Source of the DNA: an uncultured Planctomycetota bacterium
Lineage (GTDB): Bacteria > Planctomycetota > Planctomycetia > Isosphaerales > Isosphaeraceae
Length of the DNA stretch: 64,000 nucleotides
Direction of reading: 5' to 3'
Assembly (NCBI GenBank): GCA_963823665.1
Contig: CAWGMQ010000008.1
Coordinates: 288,001-352,000 of the forward strand
Notes under the pieces: model-generated
Databases searched by the model: none
What the model was told of the DNA's origin: nothing
The model's input: the letters and a program-made list of their open reading frames with translations, nothing else
Position numbers and translations under genes: made by a program
Shown: positions 21,001-36,000 of the stretch, one piece after another
Numbering within the stretch: position 1 is the first letter of the stretch
How the letters are laid out: each line of letters starts with the position of its first letter

Positions 21001-24000
21001 GGCCCCAGCATCGTTCAAAGCGGTGGCGGCACGATCGTCTTCGGTGCCGGCACCAGCTTGCCCACACTCGGCACCCTGTCCGTCAGCAATGGCACGCTGA
21101 ACTTCAGCACCGGTTCGAGCGTCACGATCACCACGCTGAACCTGACCGGTGGCACTCTGACCGGCACCGACACCATCACGGTCAGCGGCGTGACGACGTG
21201 GTCGAGCCAGGGTACCCTGAGCGGCGCAAGCACGCTCATTGCTCAAGGGGGGCTGAACATCAGCGCCGGGCGGGACTGGCTTCGCCACGCTCAACACCCG
21301 CACTCTGGAGAACTTCGGCACAGCCACCTTCACCGGCACCGGTTTCTTTCAGATGCAGAGCGCCACCATCATCAACGAACCGGGGGCGACCTGGAACCTG
21401 GAGACCGAAGGTTTCTCGGTGAGCAGCGGCAGCGATACCTTCAATAACGAGGGCACGCTCAACACCACCGGCTCGAGCGCGATCAATGTGACGTTCACCA
21501 ACAGCGGCAGCGTCGCGGTCAATTCCGCCACCCTCACCCTGGGCAGTGGCGGCAGCAGTAGCGGCGGCAGTTTCACCGTCCCTGCCACCACCACCCTCGA
21601 CTTCGACAGCAGTTACGCCCTCAACGGCACCACCCAGGTCAGCGGCCTGGGCAGCGTGACGCTGGCCGCCGGCACCCTCACCCTGGCCAGCGGAGTCACC
21701 TTCGACGTCACCGGCGGCCTGACCGGCACCGGCGGGTCGGCCACGTTCGGCTCGGGAGATACTTTCGGGCCCAGCATCGTTCAAAAGGGTAGCGGCACCA
21801 TCGTCTTCGGTGCCGGTACCAGCTTGCCCACACTCGGCACCCTGTCCGTCAGCAATGGCACGCTGAACTTCAGCACCGGTTCGAGCGTCACGATCACCAC
21901 GCTGAACCTGACCGGTGGCACTCTGACCGGCACCGACACCATCACGGTCAGCGGCGTGACGACGTGGTCGAGCCAGGGTACCCTGAGCGGCGCAAGCACG
22001 CTCATTGCTCAAGGGGGGCTGAACATCAGCGCGCCGGGCGGGACTGGCTTCGCCACGCTCAACACCCGCACTCTGGAGAACTTCGGCACAGCCACCTTCA
22101 CCGGCACCGGTTTCTTTCAGATGCAGAGCGCCACCATCATCAACGAACCGGGGGCGACCTGGAACCTGGAGACCGAAGGTTTCTCGGTGAGCAGCGGCAG
22201 CGATACCTTCAATAACGAGGGCACGCTCAACACCACCGGCTCGAGCGCGATCAATGTGACGTTCACCAACAGCGGCACCGTCGCGGTCAATTCCGCCACC
22301 CTCACCCTGGGCAGTGGCGGCAGCAGTAGCGGCGGCAGTTTCACCGTCCCTGCCACCACCACCCTCGACTTCGACAGCAGTTACGCCCTCAACGGCACCA
22401 CCCAGGTCAGCGGCCTGGGCAGCGTGACGCTGGCCGCCGGCACCCTCACCCTGGCCAGCGGAGTCACCTTCGACGTCACCGGCGGCCTGACCGGCACCGG
22501 CGGGTCGGCCACGTTCGGCTCGGGAGATACCTTCGGGCCCAGCATCGTTCAAAAGGGTAGCGGCACCATCGTCTTCGGTGCCGGTACCACCCTGCCCACA
22601 CTCGGCACCTTGTCCGTCAGCAATGGCACGCTGAACTTCAGCACCGGTTCGAGCGTCACGATCACCACGCTGAGCCTGACCGGCGGCACTCTGACCGGCA
22701 CGGACACCATCACGGTCAGCGGCGTGACCACCTGGTCGAGCCAGAGTACCCTCAGCGGCGCGGGCACGCTCATCGCTCAAGGGGGACTGAACATCAGCGC
22801 GCCGGGCGGGACTGGCTTCGCCACGCTCAACACTCGCACTCTGGAGAACTTCGGCACAGCCACCTTCACCGGCACCGGTTTCTTTCAGATGCAGAACGCC
22901 ACCATCATCAACGAACCGGGGGCGACCTGGAACCTGGAGACCGAAGGTTTCTCGGTGAGCAGCGGCAGCGATACCTTCAATAACGAGGGCACGCTCAACA
23001 GCACCGGCAGCAGTACGATTAACGTGCCGTTTACGAACAGCGGCAGCGTCGCAGTCAATTCCGGCACGCTCATCCTGGCCGACGGTGGCAGCAGCAGCGC
23101 CGGCAGTTTCACCGTCCCCGCGGCCAGCACCCTCGACTTCGACAGTAGTTACGCCCTCAACGGCACCACCCAGGTGAGCGGCCTGGGAAGCGTGACGCTG
23201 GCCGCCGGCACCCTCACACTGGCCAGCGGCGTCACCTATGACGTCACGGGCGGCCTGACCGGCAGCGGAGGGTCGGCTACGTTCGGGTCGGGAGATACTT
23301 TCGGCCCCAGCATCGTTCAAAGCGGTGGCGGCACGATCGTCTTTGGTGCCGGTACCACCCTGCCCACGCTGGGCACCGTGTCCGTCAGCAGTGGCACGCT
23401 GAACTTCAGCACGGGATCGAGCGTCACGATCACCGCGCTGAACCTGACCGGTGGCACTCTGACCGGCGCGGACACCATCACGGTCAGCGGCGTGACCACC
23501 TGGTCGATCGCGAGCAACCTGACCGGCACGGGGACGCTCATCGCACAAGGGGGGTTGAATATCAGCTCGCCGAGCGGGAGTGGCTCCCCCACGCTCAACA
23601 CTCGCACTCTCGAGAACTTCGGCACAGCCACCTTCAGCGTCAGCAATCCCTTGGAATTGGAGAGCGCCACCATCATCAACGAACCGGGCGCGACCTGGAA
23701 CCTGCAAGCGGGAGGTCTCTCGGCGAATGGCGGCAGCGATACCTTCAGTAACGAGGGCATGCTCGCCAGCACCGGCACGAGCGCAATCAGCGTGACGTTC
23801 AATAACACGGGCACGGTCAATGTGCCTTCCGGCACGTTGAGCCTGACCGGCACCATCTCACAGTTCAGCGGCGGCACGCTGACCGGTGGTACCTGGGAAG
23901 CTTCCGGCGGCACCTTGCGCGGATTCTCCAGCGGCATCACGACCGACGCGGCCAGCATCATCGCCAGCGGGGCGGCGTCGAATTTCTACACGGGGACCAG

Positions 24001-27000
24001 CGGAACCACCAATGCCCTGACCACCTTGAGCAGCATCACCTCGACTGGAAGCGTGTCCCTTCAGAACGGCTTCAACCTCGCCGTCCAGGCGCCTCTTCTC
24101 AACGCGGGGGCGTTGACCCTCGGCTCCGCCAGCACGCTGACGGACAACAATCCAGTCCCACCAACCGGAGTGGCGCTGACCTTCAACGGCACCAGCGACT
24201 ACGTCCAGGTGCCCACCAGCCCCAGCCTGGACAGTGCGGCGTTGACCACAACGGCCACGTACGAAGCCTGGATCTATTTGAATCAACTGCCATCGACGGC
24301 CGGCCACATCATGGACATCGTGGCCAAGTCGGAAAACGGCAACGATCTGGACTTGCAGGTGGAGACCGACAACAAGGTCCATTTCTACGCGGGCAATGTG
24401 TCCCCCGACAGTGTCACCTCCAATACCGTTCTGCAAACCGGCCGTTGGTATTACGTCGCTGGCACTTTTCAGGCGGGGACGGGCACCTCGGGTTTGTTAC
24501 AGATCTACATCAACGGCAACCTCGATGCCAGCCAGTCCGGCCACTTCGCACGATCGACCAACTCGAACCCGCTCACTATCGGTATAAATTCCGTCGATCC
24601 GGGCCGCTACTTCAACGGCCTGATCGCCGGCACCAGTGTCTGGAACAACGTCCAGACGCAGGCCCAGATTCAGGCGTCCATGTCCAGCATCCAGAGCAAT
24701 GCGACCGGTCTGGTCGCTTACTTCCCAGGCAACCTTCCCGGCGACGGCGCGGGCACCACGCTCCATGATGCCACCGCCAACGCAAACAACGGCTTGCTGG
24801 GGAATGGAGTCCCTGCCAATGAACCGACCTGGACCATCCCCCCACCGGCCGGCATTTCAATCCTCGCGGGCGGCACGCTTTCGGGCACCGGAACGATCGT
24901 GGCCAACGTCACCAACAGCGGCACCATCATTCCGGCGACCAACGGCACGGCGGGAATCCTGCCCATCACCGGCAACTACGTGCAGACCTCCTCAGGCAAC
25001 CTGGATGTCGATCTCGGCGGCCTGACCGCCGGCAGCCAGTTCGACCAGCTAACCGTTTCCGGCAGTGCCAGCATCGCCGGCACGATGAACGTCGATGAAA
25101 TCAACGGTTTCGCGCCCACCAGCGGCAACAGCTTTCCGGTGCTCACAGCCGGCTCCACGTCCGGCCAATTCGGCAACATTAACGGCTTGCTGGCCGGTAA
25201 TCAGGTGTTGCTCGTCGCCAACTACAGTAACACGGCTGTGAGTCTTGTTGGCTACCAGGCCGGCGTTTTCGTCACTCCGACCGCCGGGCTCCAGACGACC
25301 CAGGCCGGCGGCACCGCCACCTTCACCGTCGTGCTCGACGGCCCTCCGGCGGCGAACGTCACCATCGGACTGTCCTCCAGCAACACGAGCGCGGGCGTGG
25401 TCTCACCCTCCCAACTGGTCTTCACGCCCCAGAACTGGAACATAGCCCAGTCGGTCACCGTGACAGGGGTCAATGATTTCATCGATCACGGCAGCCAGGG
25501 CCAGGCCTACACCATCATCACGGCCCCGGCGGTCTCCACCGATCCCGTCTACAGCGGTTTCGACCCCAGCGACGTGGCTGTCACCAATATCAGCACCATG
25601 ATCGCAGGCTTCGCCGTCACGCCGACCACCGGGCTGCAAACCAGCCAGGCCGGCGGTACCGCCGGCTTCACCGTCGCGCTCTCGTCCGAGCCGCTGGCCA
25701 ACGTCGTCTTCGCGCTGCTCTCCAGCAACACGAGCGCGGGAACCGAGTCGCCGGCCAGTCTGACGTTCACGCCGCAAAACTGGAACACGCCCCAACCGGT
25801 CACCGTGACCGGCGTGAACGACGGGATGGCAGACGGAAATGTTTCCTACACGATCGTCACCCAACCGGCGGTGAGCACGGATCCCCTGTACAACGCGCTC
25901 GACCCGCCGGACGTCGCGGTCACGAACCTGGGCACCAACCTGCTCGACTTGCAGGTGGCCAATCTCACCGAGACGCCATCAGCAAACTTGCAGTCCGGCA
26001 ACAACGTGACGGTAAGCTGGGACGACACAGTCACGGGCAACATCGCGACGCCGGCCGGCTTTTACGACAACGTCACCGTCACGAACACAACGACAGGGCA
26101 GACGCTGGTCAACACGCAGGTATTCTACAACCCTGCCACGGCGGGCAACGGCCCCATAGAGCCCGGTCAAGAGCGCGCCCAGCAGGACTCGTTCCAGTTG
26201 CCGAACGGGCCGGCCGGGGCCGGCCAGCTTCAGGTCACCGTGACCACCAACAGCACGAAGGCCTTCCCCGAATTCAACACGAGCGGGACTGCCTCCAGCA
26301 ACAACAGCGCCTCCCTCACCGTGACTTCGGCGCTGGCGCCATATCCGGATTTGCAGGTGACCAACCTGGCCGTGCAGCCTGCTACCGGCCTCCAGTCCGG
26401 CGGTAACCTGGTGGTATCGTGGAGCGACTCGAATACGGGCAACGGCTCCGTCGCCGGTTCGTTTGACGACAAGGTCACCATCACCAACCTGACCACGAAC
26501 CAGGTTCTGACCACCGGAACGGTACCGTACAATTTCAGTACCAGCGGCCCCATACTTGCCGGCGCTCTAGAGAACCAGCAGTTTTCCTACCGGCTGCCTG
26601 ACGGCACTCCCGGCGTCGGCCAGCTCCAGGTCACTGTCACCACCGACAGTGGCAACGCGATTTTTGAGTACAACTCGGCCGGGACCGCCGAGACGAACAA
26701 CACCACCAGCACCACCGTCACCTCCACCATCGCGCCCTATCCCGACCTGCAACCAACCAGCTTGCAACTGAGCAGCGCAACGGGCCTGCAATCCGGCCAG
26801 AACGTCACGGTCGAGTGGAACGATGCCAACACCGGCAACGGTGCCGCCGCTGGTTCCTGGACTGACACGCTCGTGGTCAAGAACACCACGACCGGCCAGA
26901 CCCTCGATACAGTCAACGTCCCTTACAACGGCACCGCTTCGGGCAACGGCCCGCTTGGCGCCGGAGAGTCCTACGCTCAGCAGACCACGATCCGCTTGCC

Positions 27001-30000
27001 GGATGGCGCCCCCGGTGTCGGCTCGATTCAGTTCACCGTGACGGTCGATTCGGCGAACACCATCTTCGAGTACAACAGCGCCGGAACCGCTGAGTCCAAT
27101 AATACCACAAGTATCACGCAGACCTCGACGCTTGCCGCTTACCCCGATTTGCAGGTGACGGGCTTGCAGCTCAGCCCCGCGACGGGCGTGCAGTCCGGCC
27201 AGAATGTCACGGTGCAGTGGAACGACACCAACACCGGCAACGCGGCGGCCGCAGGTTCCTGGACCGACAGCGTGGTCGTCATGAACACCACGACCGGGCA
27301 GGCCCTGGAGACCGTCACCGTTCCCTACAACGCGACTGCATCCGGCAACGGCCCACTCGGTGCCGGACAATCGAACACGCAGCAGTCCACGATCAGGCTG
27401 CCTGACGGTGCTCCGGGCATCGGCAGCATTCAGTTCACCGTGACCGTCAATTCGGCGAATACCATCTTCGAGTATAACTCGGCCGGGACCGCCGAGACCA
27501 ACAATACCGCGAGCACATCCGAAACCACCACTGCAGCTCCTTACCCCGACCTGCAGGTGGCGGGCTTGCAGCTCAACCCGGCGACCGGCCTGGAGTCCGG
27601 CCAGAATGTCACGGTGCAGTGGAACGACGCCAACACCGGCAACGGCGCGGCCACTGGCTCGTGGACCGACACGCTGGTGGTCAAGAACACCACCACGGGC
27701 CAGACGCTCGATACCGAGAGCGTTCCCTACAACGCGACCGCATCCGGCAGCGGCCCACTCGCTGCCGGACAATCGAACACGCAGCAGTCGACGATCAGGC
27801 TGCCTGACGGCACCCCGGGCATCGGCAGCATTCAGTTCACCGTGACCGTCAATTCGACGAATACCATCTTCGAGTATAACTCGGCCGGGACCGCCGAGAC
27901 CAACAACACCGCGAGCACATCGGAAACGGCCACCGCAGCCGCTTACCCCGACCTGCAGGTGATGGGCTTGCAGCTCAACCCGGCGACCGGTCTGGAGTCC
28001 GGCCAGAATGTCACGGTGCAGTGGAACGATGCCAACACCGGCAACGGCGCGGCTACTGGCTCGTGGACAGACACGCTGGTGGTCACGAACACCACCACCG
28101 GCCAGACGCTCGATACCGAGAGCGTTCCCTACAACGCGACCGCATCAGGCAACGGCCCACTTGCTGCCGGACAATCGAACACGCAGAAGTCGACGATCAG
28201 GCTGCCTGACGGCACCCCGGGCATCGGCGGCATTCAGTTCACCGTGACCGTCGATTCGGCGAATAACATCTTCGAGTATAACTCGGCCGGGACCGCCGAG
28301 ACCAACAATACCGCGAGCACATCGGAAACGGCCACCGCAGCCCCTTACCCCGACCTGCAGGTGATGGGCTTGCAGCTCAACCCGGCTACCGGCCTGCAGT
28401 CCGGCCAGAATGTCACGGTGCAGTGGAACGACGCCAACACCGGCAACGGCGCGGCCACTGGCTCGTGGACCGACACGCTGGTGGTCAAGAACACCACCAC
28501 CGGCCAGACCCTCGATACCGAGAGCGTTCCCTACAACGCCACCGCATCAGGAAACGGCCCACTTGCTGCCGGGCAATCGAACACGCAGAAGTCGACGATC
28601 ATGCTGCCTGACGGCACCCCGGGCATCGGCGGCATTCAGTTCACCGTGACCGTCAATTCGGCGAATACCATCTTCGAGTATAACTCGGCCGGGACCGCCG
28701 AGACCAACAACACCGCGAGCACATCGGAAACCGCCACCGCAGCCGCTTACCCCGACTTGCAGGTAACGGGCTTGCAGCTCAACCCGGCTACCGGCTTGCA
28801 GTCCGGCCAGAATGTCACGGTGCAATGGAACGACGCCAACACCGGCAACGGCGCGGCCTCCGGTTCGTGGACCGATACGCTCGTGGTCACGAACACCACC
28901 ACGGGCCAGACGCTCGATACCGAGAGCGTTCCCTACAACGCAACCGCATCAGGCAACGGCCCACTTGCTGCCGGACAATCGAACACCCAGCAGTCCACGA
29001 TCAGGCTGCCTGACGGTGCGCCGGGCATCGGCAGCATTCAGTTCACCGTCACCGTCAATTCGGCGAATACCATCTTCGAGTACAACTCGGCCGGGACCGC
29101 CGAGACCAACAATACCGCGAGCACATCGGAAACCACCACCGCGGCCCCTTACCCCGACCTTCAGGTGACGGGCCTGACCGCGACTCCTGCCACCGGGCTG
29201 CAGACGGGTAACACGGTCACGCTCAACTGGAATGACTCGAACACCGGCAATGCGGGCACTGGCACCTCCAGTTGGGTCGACGCGGTAGTCGTCACGAACC
29301 TGACCACCGGGGCAAAGTTGATCAATACGACCGTGCCTGGCGGCAACTCGATCAATGCCGGCCAATCGCAGGCCCTCAACGACACGTTGCGGTTGCCCGA
29401 CGGAAATGTGAGCGTGGGGCAACTTCAATTCACCGTTACCGTCGACGCGAACAACACGGTCTTCGAGTACAACGCCGCGGGCACCGGCGAAACCAATAAT
29501 TCCACCAGCATCACGCAGTCCGTGGCGCTGGGGCCTTATCCCGACCTGCAAGTCACCAACGTGGGGATCACCCCCTTGACCGGCATTCTCTCGGGCTCGA
29601 CCGTGCAGGTTGCCTGGGATGACGCCAACACCGGCAACGCCCCGACGACCGGACCGTGGTCCGACCGGCTCATTGTCGTTAACACGGCAACCGGCCAGAC
29701 CGTGTCCACCGCCACGCTGTATTACGACACGGGCGCCAATGGTCCACTCGCGGCGGGCGCCTCGGTCGCGCGGCAGTACGCGGTGAAGCTCCCCGACGGC
29801 GCTCCAGGCATTGGCCAGTTGCAGGCGACGATCCTGACCGACGTCTTCAACAACATCGCCGAATTTAATGCGGCGGGCACCGGCGAAACCAACAACTCCG
29901 CATCAGCCACCTTTACCTCGACCTCTGCCCTGTATCCCGACCTGCAACCAACCAATTTGCAGGTAAGCCCAGCGACGGGACTGCAGTCGGGCGACAAACT

Positions 30001-33000
30001 CACCGTCCAGTGGAACGACAGCAACTCCGGCACCGGGTCGGCGGCGACCGCCTGGACGGACACGGTCACGGTGCAGAACACCACGACCGGCGCGACGGTC
30101 GGCACCGTCAGCGCCGGGTATGATCCGACGGCAACGGGCAACAGCCCGCTGGCTTCCGGCCAGTCACTCGCGGAGAGCGCGCAGCTCACGCTGCCACAGG
30201 GCAACGCGGGTGTTGGAAACCTGCTGATCACGGTGACCGTGAACTCGACCAATTCCCTTTTTGAGGACAACGCGGCACACAACGCCCAGTCCAACAACAC
30301 GGCCAGCATCACGACTCTAAGTGGCCTGGCTCCCTATCCCGACCTGGCCGCCTCAGGCGTCACCTTCTCGCCGGCTTCGCCCATCGTCGGCGACCCGGCC
30401 CAGGTGACCGTCGGCTGGACGGTGACGAACCTGGGCACCGGACCGACGTCAGCCGGTTCATGGGTGGACGACGTTGTTTATTCCTCCGATGACAACCCGG
30501 CCGATGGTCACTTGCTCGCAAGTTTCACCCACACCGGCGACCTGGCTGTGAACGCGAGCTATACCCAGAGCCAAACGTTCCTGTTGCCGCCGGCCTTCGA
30601 GGGTCAGTACCACCTGTTCGTGGAAACCAACGCGACGAACACCGTTTTTGAGAACGGTTCCACGGCAAACAACGATGCGGAGGCGAGCAGCCTCTTCGAC
30701 GTGACGCCGACACTTTATGCCGACTTGATCGTCTCCTCCGTGACGGCCCCCTCCACGGCGGCCAGCGGTCAATCTCTTGCCGTGAACTGGTCGGTGGCCA
30801 ACCAGGGTATCGGCATCACCAATCCCGGCTCGTGGGACGACAGCGTGAGCCTGGCCACCGACCCGCTAGGCCAGCACATCGTCGCGGGCCTCGGCACCTT
30901 CGCCCACACCGGCGCGCTCTCCCCTGGCGGCAGCTATTCAACTTCCGGCGACGTGACCCTGCCCAACGGCATCAGCGGCACGTACTACGTCGTCGTCAGT
31001 ACCATCGGGCCATATGAATTCCTCTACACGAACAACAACACGACCGTCTCCGGCCCGATCAATGTCACGCTCACGCCGGCACCGAACCTGACGGTGACCA
31101 GCATAGCGGCCAGCGCCAGCACGGTGCCGTCCGGCTCGACCTTTGACGTGACCTGGACCGTGCAAAACGTCGGCGCCGGCGATGCCGACGGCTCCTGGCC
31201 GGACGTCCTCAACCTGGTGGAAGCCCCCGGCGGCTCCAACCGCACCATCGGCCTGGGCAGTTTTACCTTCAGCGGGACCCTGAGCGCCGGTAAATCGTAT
31301 ACGCGCACCGAGAAGTTTACGCTGCCCGCGGACTTCCAGGGTGTCTTCGAGGTGGTCGTCAGCACCGACCCCGCCGATCCTACCGGCCACCGCGCGCTCT
31401 ACGAAGGGACTACGGGCATCAACGAGACGACCACCGACCCCGATCCGATCGTCGTGACTCAGCCGCCGAACCCCGACCTGCAAGTGGAATCGATCACCCC
31501 CGCCGCGCCCACGTTCCAGGCCGGCGGCACCCTGGGACTGACGTTCGACGTCATCAATCAGGGGACCGTGGCCACCAGCACGCCCCACTGGACCGACAAC
31601 GTGTACCTGTCGCTGGACAACACGCTCAGCGAGGACGACATTTTGCTAACGTCCGTGGGCAATCAGTCGGCCCTTCAGCCCGGGGAAAGCTATCAGAGCA
31701 CCGTCTCCAACATTCCGATCTCCAAGGCCGATAGCGGCGCGTATTACTTGATCGTGGAGACCAACGCCAACAACGCCGTCGATGAGTACCCCAACGGCAA
31801 CAACGACACCCTGGCCGTTCCCATCACGATCAATCCCTTCCTCCCGTCCGACCTGGTTGTCTCGAATGTGATCGTCCCGACGCAGGCCATCGCCGGCAGC
31901 CAGGTGCAAGTCACCTGGACCGTGACCAACCTCGGGCTGGCGCCGACTGATCTATCGTCATGGACCGACGGCGTCTGGCTGGCCACCGACAAGACGAAAT
32001 ATCCCTATGTCACGGGCACTCTCCTGACGACCGCGGTCCACACCGGCGTCTTGAGTAACGACCCGCACGACCCTGACTTGCCCCAGAGCTACACCGAGAC
32101 GGCGACGGTCACCATCCCCGAGCACGACAACGGTCAGTATTACCTCGTGCCGCAGGTAGATATCTACCAGCAACTCGACGAGACCACGCTGGCCGCCAAC
32201 GTCAACCCCGACGACCCGAACGATTTTCGCAGCGACAACTTCAAGGCCGCCCCGATCACCATCCTGGCCGAGCCCCCTGCCGACCTGGTGGTCACTGCAA
32301 TTCAGGCGCCGGCCGTTGCCGCAGCCGGCACGCCCTACACACTGAGCTGGACGGTAGCCAACCAAGGCGCCGGCGCGACCGAGGGTTCCCAATGGTCCGA
32401 TTACGTTTACCTGTCAAACGTGCCGACCTGGATAGAGCCGGACACGACCATCCCGCCGGGGGTGACCCAGATTTTTCTCGGAGCGTTCCCGCACAACGGG
32501 GCGCTGGCCTCGGATCAGAGCTACTCCACAGAGCAGACCATTCTGCTCTCGCCTGCATACAGCGGCCAGTACGTGATCGTGGTGACCAACCCCCCGTCTA
32601 ATAGCACCATCTGGGAAGGACCGTACAGCAACAATAATGCCACGACTGCTCCCAGCGTGGTCACAACCGCGCCGGCGGATTTGCAAGTGACTTCGGTCGT
32701 CACCCAGCCAGTCGCTTACTCCGGGGAAAATACGACGGTGACGTGGACGGTGACCAATTTCGGCGCACCTGTCTGGAGCGGGACGCAGTTCTGGTACGAC
32801 GACGTCTGGGTCTCGCCCGACCCCACCTTCATCGCCAGCAGGGCCACGCTGCTGGGCCTGTTCACGCACACCGCCACGACACCGATGGGCACCGGCTCGA
32901 GCTACACCACCAGCCAGGTCGTCACCCTGCCGCCGGGAATTGGAAACAAGGTCAATCCACTTACTTACTACATCTACGTCGAGACCGATCTACCCCCAAA

Positions 33001-36000
33001 TAAGACCCCCGATTCGGACTTCCTTCACCTGGGCAACACCGGCGATTACGAGTCGACCGTTTTTGAAGGAGAGGGGCCCAACGAAACGAACAACATGAAC
33101 TCGGCGCCTCTGCCGGTCTATTACCGCGAGGCCGACCTGGTCGTCAGCAACCTGGTTGTGCCATCCACAGCGCCGCACTCAGGCGACACGATCCCGGTAA
33201 CCTGGACCGTCACCAACCAGGGCACGCGCAACACCCGGGTCGGCACCTGGTACGATGGCGTTTACCTCTCGCCCAACCCCTCCCTCGACCCCAACCAGGC
33301 CATTTTCCTGGGCGAATTTGAGCACTTCGGCGTCCTGAACATCGGCAGCTCGTACACCGAGACCCAGTCTGTCACGCTGCCATATGGTATCTCGGGCAAC
33401 TATTACCTCCTCGTCTTTGTCGACGACAACAGGTACCAGAACTATCAAGGGCCCGGTCTGGTGCTGGAATATCAGGACGAGGGCAACAACATCACCGCCG
33501 AGCCAATGCAGGTGCTGCCCACCGCACTGCCCGATCTGCAGGTCACGGCAGTCACTGTGCCAGAGCAGGTTACCGAGAACCAAACGCTCGCCATCTCATG
33601 GACGGTCAGCAACACCAGCCCGGCACCGACCCTTCCCGGGCAGACGACCTGGAATGATCTGGTCTACCTGTCGGTGGACCAGTACCTGGACTTGAACAGC
33701 GACATCTACCTCGGCACGGTAAAGCACACGGGCGCCCTGGGCGGAGACGGCGACCCGGTGACCGACCAGTACACCGTCAGCGACACCCTCCAGTTGCCGC
33801 GCGGCATCACCGGGCCTTACTACGTGATCGTCATCACCGACCCGATCACGGACCCGATGTCCCTTCCACGCGGCCAGGTCTACGAGGAGAATGAGAACAA
33901 CAACTCCTTGCCGAGCACGCTGCCGGTCATCATCAACCAACCGCCCCCCGCCGACCTCGTGGTGACCACGATCCAGGTTCCCCCAACCGGCCAAAGCGGC
34001 CAGCCGGTCACCGCGGCCTGGACCGTGGCCAACCAGGGCCAGTTCCCCGCCATTGGTACCTGGACCGATGCCGTCTATCTCGCGACCACGCCCGTCTGGA
34101 ACATCACCGATCCCATCATCGGCGAAGTTCAGCACTCCGACACGGGCCTCTCGACCGGCCAGTCGTACACCTCGACCCTGACGGCCATGCTGCCGCCGGC
34201 CATCCCGGGCCAGTATTTTCTGATTGTGCGCACCAATATCTTCGACGATGTCTATGAAGGCACAGCCGGCTTCGCGAATGACATCACTCCCTCCGCCGGC
34301 CAGATGACCGTAACGGTCCCCGCCCTGCAGCTCAACGTGCCGCTGGCGACGAAGCTCACCGAGGGCCAGAATCAGCTCTACCAGGTTACCGTGCCCGAGA
34401 ACCAAACGCTCCAGATATCGCTTTCGACTGCCGACGCGAGCGCGGCCAACGAGATCTACCTGCGTTACAACGCCGTGCCCACTGCCTTCCAGTACGACGC
34501 CATCGACAGCGGCCCATTGCAGGCCAACCAGACAGCCGTGATCCCCGGGACCCAGGCCGGCGTCTATTACGTGCTGGTGAACGGCACGGATAACCCGGTC
34601 AGTTTGCTGGCGCAGCTCTTGCCATTCGAGATCACGAATGTGACTCCCGACCAGGGCGGCGACAGCGCCTACGTCACGACCATCATCTCGGGCGCGCAGT
34701 TCGACCCCAATGCGGTTGTCAAACTGGTGATGCCCGGGTTCGCGGAATTTGAGCCGGTCAGCTACCAGGTGGTCAACAGCACCGAGATCATCGCCGTGTT
34801 CGACCTGACCGATGCGCCGCACGGTCAGTACGACGTGAGCGTCATCAATCCCGACGGGGCGGAGGCCGACGCGCCCTACAGCTACCTGGTCGAGCAGGCG
34901 CTGCCGCCCTCGATCACCCTCGGCCTGGGCGGCACGCGCGTCATGTATTCGGGCGATACCGGCTATTACGGCTTTTCGCTGCAGAATACATCGAATGTAG
35001 ACATTCCCTATGTTCAATTCGAGTTCGGCGTTCCCAGCCTGGGCACCAACATCACGGTCAACGCACCCTACGTATCCTTGAGCAGCAACGTGGCGGGCAG
35101 CCCCGACGTCGCCGGGGTGCCCTGGGCTGACCTGAGCTCCACCGTCGACACGAGCGGTTTCAACCTGGCCTCCGGTTACATCATGGACCTGGCCGATGGA
35201 GGTTACGTCGGACTCAATTTCACGGCCCAGACCTACCCGGGCGTACCCAAGCCCAACTATGGGCCCTATTTTCCGCCGCAGACGGTCGGATTCACCTTCA
35301 ACGTCGATGCCGCGGCGACGCCGCTCACCACGGCCCAGTATATCGATGAGCAGACGCAGCAGGCCGAGTTCCTGCGGCAGAGCATTCTGGCAGACCCCAC
35401 CGCCACGCCGGCCTTGGTCGTGCTGGCACAGAACGCGACGTCGTGGGACAATCTGTACCTCAATTCGCTCGAGCAGGCCGGCCTGCTGCGCCCGGTGGAC
35501 CTGCCTCCGGCCGCCCAGCAGGACCCGAACGTGACCAGCATGACGGCCACCCTGGCCGCGGGCATCCTGGCAGGCTCGGCCGGCGAACAGATCATCACCA
35601 GCGGCAACCTGCCCGCATTTTTCGCTCAGCTCACGCAGTGGTACGGCAGTGATCCGAATATCATCGAGCCGGGTGCCGTGCCGGACAGCATCCCCCTGAC
35701 CGCCCCGCTGCCGACAGCCAGCCAGTTCACCCTTGACGGCGCCAATCCGGATCAGTTTGAAGCCTTCAATGTCTACGTCCGCCAGATCTCCGTGGAAGGT
35801 GATGACGTCGCGATCTACTTCCCGGACTTGAACGGCAACACACAGGCGCAACCGGCAGACCTCGATCAGTACCTCGACAGCAGCGGGGCCGTCGCCGGGG
35901 GCGCCACGCTCGTCGGGCCAACCGCCTACGGCACCCAGCAGTTCCTGCCCGAGGGCCAGGACCTGCCGTACACCGTTCAGTTCCAGAGTCCGTCCGACGC

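Noticed and set aside
18424..23707. Long minus-strand ORFs (971 and 815 aa) over the repeat array
   Set aside because: Antisense shadows of a GC3-rich, repetitive plus-strand gene; no protein-like features.
18780..29150. Regular repeats considered as CRISPR or mobile-element repeats
   Set aside because: Units are 768 and 402 bp, in frame and coding, with no unique spacers, cas or transposase genes.
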